From assembly GCA_964035545.1 (NCBI GenBank), contig OZ037766.1, positions 1,240,001-1,304,000 of the forward strand: a stretch of DNA of 64,000 nucleotides, given 5' to 3'. Of the stretch, positions 56,060-64,000 are shown one piece after another; the stretch's first letter is position 1; each line of letters starts with the position of its first letter. A model generated the notes under the pieces. It saw nothing but the letters and a program-made list of their open reading frames with translations, ran no database searches and was not told where the DNA came from. The position numbers and the translations under genes are program-made. This DNA is from Bugula neritina (lineage: Eukaryota; Animalia; Bryozoa).

Positions 56060-57454
56060 ATCAGTTGTAATGTACTTTGTGTAAAATGGTTATTGCAAGC
56101 ATTATTCTATTCATATTCACATAGTGAGCACAGTGAAACTTAAACTTTACAGTTTTGTATTTACGTGCATAAGAGAGTTTTAAAATTGTTTTCAATTTTA
56201 TATGCATAAAAATGTGTTTGAAAATTATGCCAATAATCAAAACTAAAAAGATGTACACATGGAATGAAAAAAAATGAAATAACAAAGTGGCAAAATTTTC
56301 CCCATATAACTTATATAAACTCGTGGCATAGAACGCGGCATAATGATGTCCCTATGATTCTTTAAAGTCGCCACTCTAAATATACCACACTGTCTGCACC
56401 CAGTTGTGTGAGAAAGCAGTTAGTTTGATTTGTTGTCCGTGCAATTAGTAATTTTACTGTAGCAGTGAGTCTAATAGCAAAAAAAGATTGGTGAGGTGCT
56501 TTATATATCTTATATTGTTATAACCCTCACCGCAATATTTTGATCACTGCGACAAGAACTTCGATTTCCAGAGGTCAAAGATTGCTTTTATTACATTTAG
56601 TTTATTACATTTACGGGCATGCAAATTACGTTTAATTTTGCAGTTTTAGTTATAGTTACTAAAAATAAATTCTGTAAGAATTTTATAGTGGCTTTAGTTA
56701 CATACTTACTAGTTACACTACAATAATAATAATTTTTTACATTAGGTATGACTGACACTAACGGTATCAGTATCAGTATGAGTATGACTAACACTAACAG
56801 TAACACTAACAGTAAGTGTAACACTAACAGTAACAGTATTATTTATTTATTATGATAATAAAAATACTACTGTTCCTGTTACTGTTAGTCATACTGATAA
56901 TAATTATCAGTGTGACTAACATTAACACAGTATGAGTATCATTATTACTATTAGTATTAGTGTGACTATCAGAGTATCACTATGAGTATCAGTATGAGTG
57001 ATACTAATACTATGATCATGAGTATGAGTATCACTATCGCTATGACCATGAGTAGCTGACTCACTCTAAGTATAATCCTAATGACTTACTGATACTCATA
57101 GTCATACTCATATTCATATTGCTGCTCATTTTCAAATTCATCTTCAATATTTTTATTGATCTTGATACTTAATTTCATTGTCATACTCATACTCATAGCC
57201 ATACTCAATGTGATTGTTTCACTATCACATTAAATTTGATGATTGATGGTTGAATATGGTTTAGGGCATAATTATCATTACGATTATGTATCAGTTTCAT
57301 ATTGATATTGACATGGTTATAATAATTAACTTTAAGTTTCAGTTTAGTATAAATAATTTTTAGTAATAAACTTATATTAAATCTAATAGTAATAGTAACA
57401 CTTTTACTTATAGTAATGAGTTATAGACTATAAATATTCATGTGCTCTTATACT

Positions 57455-57880
57455 TAGATCATTTTACTTAATTTATTACGCATTAGATATCTTCAGTTCT
57501 TAGCTATTTTTCACAATTTAGCTGGTAATGAGCATAGCTTTTTGCCCAAAACTAGTAAAGCACCAATAAATATACCAAAACAATAAAGGTTCTTCTTAAT
57601 TTTGCTTGGTTTTCCATGTTTTTTTTCCATATATTTAGCTTATTAGGAGTGCGGACCGTTACGAAAAAACCGTAACGGTCCGCAACCAAAAGTAGCTGAA
57701 TAATTAGGAAAAAACATGGGAAATGAAGCAAAATTAAAAAGAACTTTAATTATTTAGGTGTATTTATTGGTGTTTTACTAGTTTTAGCCAAAAAAAACCA
57801 TGTTCATTAGCAGTTGAATTGCAAAAAATAGCTAAAAACTGAAGATATCCAGTGTGTACTAAATTAAGTAAAATGATCCA
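57455..57880. mobile_element. Foldback/palindromic MITE (~425 bp) with GC-rich central hairpin
   Basis: Arms complementary end to end (tagatcattttacttaattt... / ...aaattaagtaaaatgatcca); perfect 14-bp central stem 57650-57684; flanks cttatact / cttgtagt (6/8 match) are TSD-like. Confidence 0.7.
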
Positions 57881-58967
57881 CTTGTAGTTTATTAGTTATA
57901 CTCATACTTATAGTTTAAGGTATATTTCTATTTTAATCTTGTAGTAATAATTTATTAGTTTTAATATTAAATTTTAATTCTATAATTATAAGAATTACTA
58001 TACTGATACTCACTCTGTGTAGATGGAATATTTGTCATTTAACTATCAGTATCACAAAATGACAATATGCAATTTAAATGCCTTTTTATAGTTTATAACA
58101 CTGCCTTACAGTGAATATTCACTTTCAGTCATTAGCATATCCTTCATTTATTGTTACTTTAAGTTAAAACTGTAAAAGTGGGTTAAGAGTATTTATTCTC
58201 GAGCCAATTCAAATTGTAGAAAATTGAATATTACATTATCAGTATCAATGTAAATATGTTTATAGTTATCATTATAATTATGATTAACTATGTGGTTTAA
58301 GCAATTATTATAGGTAATTATGCATATAATGAATATTTACACAATTTTTATTTATGACACTTACTGTTTTTACATAATGATGGAATGTTTTTGTATCAAC
58401 TAAAATTAATTAGTGTAACGAAATTTAACTATAGCCAAAGACCAAAGGAATGACTATTATAATGTTGTAGATGTAGCTTATAATTGTCCATAATTAATGG
58501 TATTAATACATCTGTTACTATCACCAATAACTAGTATTTAAAGTTAGCATTTACTACTAGTAGTTTAATACACTATTTGACAAAGTCAATTGTAATAATA
58601 TCTAAATATTATAAGTTATAGCATTTATTATAATAATTAAAAATAAATATATGTAAACATATTGTTATAATTTGAATCAATAATCATTTTTATTTTATTG
58701 TATGTTTGTTTTATGACAGTATCAACTCTAAATTTGAATGCCATAGCCATACTATAGCTGTGGTATCATCAGTCAATATTTATTGTTCAAGCTGCAGGCA
58801 TACTGATATGCATAATTCATAGTAGTGGTAAATAACCTAGGACTAACTTACAAAGTGATAATTTGATTATCCATTATATTGCATTATACATCAATTGTTA
58901 TAATATCAATAAATAAATAACACTTATTATATGTGCCAGTTTTCCTGTTGTAGCTTTTGTAATAAAA

Positions 58968-61900
58968 ATGGTGGATTTGGATTTTGTAATGGAGACCATC
59001 ACAACGTTTGTGGTAACTGTTTACTACATCATAGAGGGCATGGTCAAAGCAGTCTTGCCAACAAAGTATCTCCCTAAAAAGAACATTGCGAAAGAAAAAG
59101 TCCTGGTCACAGGGGCAGGTCTGCACTTTATAGAGTGTTATACAATCTGCTAGTGTTTCACCTTCAAGTTTTTTCAGCAACGTTGACATTGATCCTTAAA
59201 GTTGTTTAGTTTACTTAAAAGAAGTAAAATGGATTTCAAGTTTTATGTAAAGTTAGATTTCTGTTAGTCAGAACACAGCTTTATAGTATGAAACTAGTTT
59301 TTTTAGGGAATTTGTATTTTGTGATAAGAAAATTTCGATAATGGATATTGAGATGACGGATCACTGATGAAAAGAAAGGTCACTTGTATTTATATAAAGT
59401 ACTCTATAATAATTACTAGTATTCAAGGACTTGGAGAAGGTTTAGCTCTAACATTACAAAATTCAACAACTTTCACATACAGCCTTCTGTCACGTGTTTT
59501 CTCCCAGTGTTTGACCTATTTATTTGCAGGAAGTGGGATAGGCCGAGCTCTTGCTATTCACTTAGCTAAATTAGACTGTGAGCTTATACTCTGGGACATA
59601 AATGAGAAGGGCAATGAGGAAACTGCAGAAGATATCAAGAAATTTGATGGAGTGGTTCACACATACACTGTAGATTTGAGCAGAAAAGATGAAATCTACA
59701 GCACAGCTGATAAGGTGAGATCTACATTACAGTACAGTACGTAAGGGGATATCTGCATCAGACAGCTGATAAGGTGAGATCTGCATTGTGAAACTCATGA
59801 CGCGGTAATGTGATGGGATTTAAAGTAGTGTAGCTGTGAAGGTAAACTGTGCTGTAAACTTGCACAAGTAAAATCTGTAAAATAGTCCTGAAGGTTGAAT
59901 CAGCAGGATAAGTGTGGAGTGGCGATGTGTAACAGCTGATGTGCTTATTCACTGTAACTTCTTTTCCTTGTTCCTACAGTTGTGTGGATATTCACCAGGT
60001 CAAACGTGAGGTTGGAGATGTGAATATTCTAGTTAACAATGCCGGTATCGTGACTGGGAAAAGGTTCTTACAGTGTCCAGATGGACTGATAGAGAAAAGC
60101 ATGTCCGTCAATGTCATGGCGCATTTCTGGGTATGTATATAGTATATTATATAGTAAATTTCTGGGTATATGTATTATATTATAGAGTGGATTTCTGAGT
60201 ATTAATAATAGGTTACATAGTTTGTATTTAGGTCTATGAAGTGTCTTTCTAGGTATATAATAAATGCATATGTATATTAGTGTACATATATATAACTAGT
60301 AGACCAAAATCACCCATATAATCCAAGTGTTTAGTTAATGTCGTGTACATAAATCTATTCTCAGACTATACAGACTATACATGATAAAGTATATCAGTTC
60401 AGCACAGCAAACTCTTTACCTCAGCAGAAGTTGAACATTCACCTCTGATCAAGTATAAAGTTCCTTCTAGTGACTTGAAGCTTTCTCCATTGTTTTTGTC
60501 TTTTACCACGTCATAATTTTAATCTCTTCATTTTTCTAGACTACTAAAGCTTTTCTACCTTCAATGCTAGAGAAGAATCATGGACATGTCGTGAGCATCG
60601 CAAGTTCAGCTGGACTAGTTGGAGTTAATGGACTCGCTGATTACTGTGCTAGCAAGTTTGGAGCTGTCGGTGAGTGTTCTGTTCCCCTGTTCCACCCCTT
60701 ACACTGTCCCCCTGTTCCACCCCTTACACTGTCCCCCTGTTCCACCCCCTTTATATCATGTGATGCCCCTGCAGTTGGTGTTATGGTGGACTGTGGACTG
60801 GTTACGTAATATTGACACACCACACTGATAGTGAAGGTTATACAATGTGCCACTCTGATAAAACCCAGACTGTCTGAGCACCGTGTCCACACTAAGCCTG
60901 ATAACCTTTCATATGGCGGGGGGGGAGAGGAAGAGCTCCTTGACTGTCACATCCTCACGTAGAAATGGGGGTGGATGCTTAGTCTTGACTTTACATTCAA
61001 ATGTAAAGATGCTAAAAGTGTTCTTCTAATAACTGGAATTTAATTATGGTGACATTTCAGTACTTTAGTAAACTGCAAACTGGTATATTGATGTCTAATG
61101 CAACATAGAGACGTGTTAGCTTTCCACTAATATGGGGTGCAGATCTGTAATACAGTTCTGTAGTATAAAATAATACCTATTCACAGTTCTGTAATATATA
61201 ACTGTGTAATGCAACAGGTAGATGTTTGAAGCAGTAAATGTGGTCTCAAAGCTCTTTGGTTTGCAGGGTTCATGGAAGCTCTGATGCTCGAGACGAAAGG
61301 GAAACACAAAGCCGTAGACTTTACCGTGGTGTGTCCATACTTTATCAACACGGGGCTGTTTGATGGCGTAGTCACCAGGTACGACATGCTATTAGAACAC
61401 AGGCTATGCAGCTTCAATGAGTCTCATAAAGTAAAGTGTTTGTAGTGTTGCAATAGTTCTTAATAATCATTCTTTTTATAATTTATTAGATTTCTGTAGC
61501 ATTCTAATTGTTTTTCAGTAGCAACTCATGGTCATCTTATGGCTCTTCAGTAGCAATAGCATATTATAATAGTAGTCTTACCACGTTTTCAACAGTTTAT
61601 ATGCCTGTTTATTCATCAGCCCTAATGACTTTCAAATCTGTATAATAAAATGAGTGGACCACCTCAGTATTTCAAATAAAACAACGACTTGTATTTATTG
61701 GTTTCACACAATGTCTGATAAACTCACAACTCTTTGCCCTGATGATGTCATATGTGTGACTCACTGATCATCACGCTCTAGAGAGTTGAGTCACAGCACC
61801 TTTAAATGAACTGTATTATACTTATTCCCTAGATTTCCTTCCATCTTGCCCATCTTGGAGACTGGTTACGTTGTGGAGAAAATTGTAGACGCCATATTGA

Positions 61901-62539
61901 CCAATCAGGAGGCTCTTTATATCCCAAGGGTCATCTACATACTAATGGCTATTAAAGGGTAAAATATAAAACCCCCTGTTTGAGCATATCTGACTCTTTA
62001 AGCTGATCTACAAACAAACATGTCTGCATTTCTATGCACATTAGGAAGGTCAAAGACCTTTATGAAAAGGTCAAATGTCCTGCTATAAACTTATGACTAG
62101 TGTATACAAATAGCTAGACTTATATAAACTGTAATATTTTATCATTTAAGAATAATGCAAGTCTTATACTCAGCAGTTTTACTATTAGTGTTTAAAGTAA
62201 CTTATTGAAGGTAATATAAAGGGAAATCTTAAGAATGTTTTGAAGATTGTTGAGTTCAGAGTACATTTCAAGGTTGAATAGTTAAACACACTTTAGATTT
62301 TATCAAATTTATTTGACCTTGAAAACAGTTATTATCTTTCTTCTGCTGATTATGCAATCATGAGGTATGATTGGTCTATTATGTATTTAGGCTCCACCCT
62401 CTATGTTACATAGTGATGTGATTGGTGTGTTTTGTGTTTTAGGCTCCTCCCTGTGAAGGCTGGGCTGTTATTGCAGAGATTTTTTGGTACAACTACAGCT
62501 ATGGATGAATTTAAAGGAAGGCCCGTGAAACTAGACTAA
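58968..62539 (+). CDS. Short-chain dehydrogenase/reductase, SDR16C family (RDH10/SDR16C5/HSD17B11-like)
   Basis: Exons 58968-59118, 59530-59714, 59999-60130, 60540-60669, 61267-61378, 61833-61958, 62443-62539. N-terminal [43 protein letters not shown], catalytic [16 protein letters not shown]. Confidence 0.93.
60679..60750. repeat. 25-bp tandem repeat (ctgtccccctgttccaccccttaca) x3
   Basis: Starts ~10 nt after the SDR donor at 60670. Confidence 0.85.
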
Positions 62540-63266
62540 AAGTTTTATGCTGTATTACAGTCTTTATGATTTTTAATATTCTATGTAGCTGTGTGAATTA
62601 ATGCTCAAAATAAATCACTTCTCTTATATCTAGTCTTTTGATTTAGTAACTGATTTGTCTGTTTGTCTCTTGTTGCTGATTGGCTGAATATTAAAGAGTC
62701 ATTTTTGATGACTCACCTCAACCACCTCTTCTAAGTACTCTATGCTAGTTGTTTATAGCAAACTTATCTATTTTATTCTACTTCTGGTGTGTGAAATTTT
62801 TGTTTTACAAAATATATGTGAATTTTCATTGAAATAAATTATTTTCCCCACCTTAGACCGTGTAGTTTAATTAGTCTAAACTTGAGAACTTCAACTCAGC
62901 TTCTGTCTACCATGATTTCGGCTGTGGATCTAAAAGATTATAACACCTGCAATTTACCACAAGTCTACAAGCCAGTTGTAAATGAGGTAGAAAGGGTCAA
63001 ACTTGGTCAGCTGAATTAATGGCAGGTTTTAGGGGCGAAATAGTGGTAAAGCACCACCCTACTTCATCTATTTCCCCAATTCTTCTGCTCCATCCAATAT
63101 GCAAGGTCGGTTAGTTATGGTGGGAAAGGAGCATGTTTACTAAGGCAGCATAGCAGTTAGCGCAGAGAAATTTTGTGTTTAAGGTTCTTATTGGTTCTTA
63201 TTTTCCTAAGCAATAGCCGCTGCTATTCTTGAGTCAGCATAGCTGCTTAAGAGGTTAAACAGTTAC

Positions 63267-63841
63267 CCTGGGTTGATTCAGTGGGCCATAGGTCTTTCCT
63301 GTTCAGATGGATGTAGGAAGCAAAGTACAGGTTCACACACTGCAGGTAATCTAAACAGCCAACACTAATAGGAACTGCGTGCAGTATACATTCAGAAAGC
63401 AACCTCAACGCTTCTCTAAAACCTAAAGCTATTTTCAACTTATGTTGGGGTGGAATGCTTAAGGACTCTTTAGTCAACTTGCAGAGTAGTTTCTAATATG
63501 GCTGAGTGCCAATTTTACGAATCAAGTGATATACATAAATATTAATTCTTCATCACATTTAGTATTAGTCTACTAGCTTGCTACAAACTTCGTATTTAAT
63601 TGATCCTGTTTTGAAATTTAAGTTAAGCTCAGCAATTTTAGAACTCTGTTTAGTAAATTATGTTTGCTTTAGTTAGAACAAGTTTGTAAGTATTATACTA
63701 ATGCTTGGTTTTGAGCTTATCCCATAACAACCATTGAGAAACTATATAATTATGTTATAACATTACCTTTAACAGGACGCTTGACGTCATATGAAGCTTG
63801 TCAACATAAAGCAAGCCACTCCATTGTATCAGTTGAACACA
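63267..63841 (-). CDS. Possible 3' exons of an unidentified gene continuing beyond the window
   Basis: Phase-compatible candidate exons ~63841-63767 (CVQLIQWSGLLYVDKLHMTSSVLLK|gtaatg) and ~63477-63267 (LTKESLSIPPQHKLKIALGF...); no recognisable motif. Confidence 0.3.
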
Positions 63842-64000
63842 CTGCACTTCACATCAGCTGAACGCATGCACTTATCTTAGTAGCTTACAGAATTCACAAT
63901 GGTAGACTTTGCGTTTGTACAAGAGACAGTACAAACAATACTCCTAACTCTATATTATATATTAGTAGGCATAATAAAAGCTATTTTACCTGCTAAACTT

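Overview
AT-rich, intron-containing metazoan (invertebrate) genomic DNA; the exact taxon cannot be established from sequence alone. Manual splicing (GT-AG, phase-consistent) recovers nine protein-coding genes: the 3' part of an MBTD1/Sfmbt-type MBT-repeat gene (+), a TRMT9B-like SAM methyltransferase (-), a novel low-complexity repeat protein (+), TEX261 (-), an annexin (+), a novel 129-aa secreted peptide-precursor-like protein (-), a paladin-like phosphatase (+), TRABD (+) and an SDR16C/RDH10-type dehydrogenase (+), plus possible 3' exons of a tenth gene at the right edge. Most long ORFs in the track are translations of micro/minisatellites. Unusual features: (1) a complete type I hammerhead ribozyme (54707-54753, -) in a ~190 bp unit embedded in (TA)n, followed by five half-hammerheads in a fold-back array (Penelope-like/retrozyme signature); (2) at least eight tandem duplications that span real splice junctions in four genes, giving stacks of decoy donors/acceptors of which only the exon-adjacent copy keeps the frame; (3) degenerate 6-bp-periodic tracts flanking the apparently TATA-less promoters; (4) MITE/foldback elements and tRNA-derived SINE heads.
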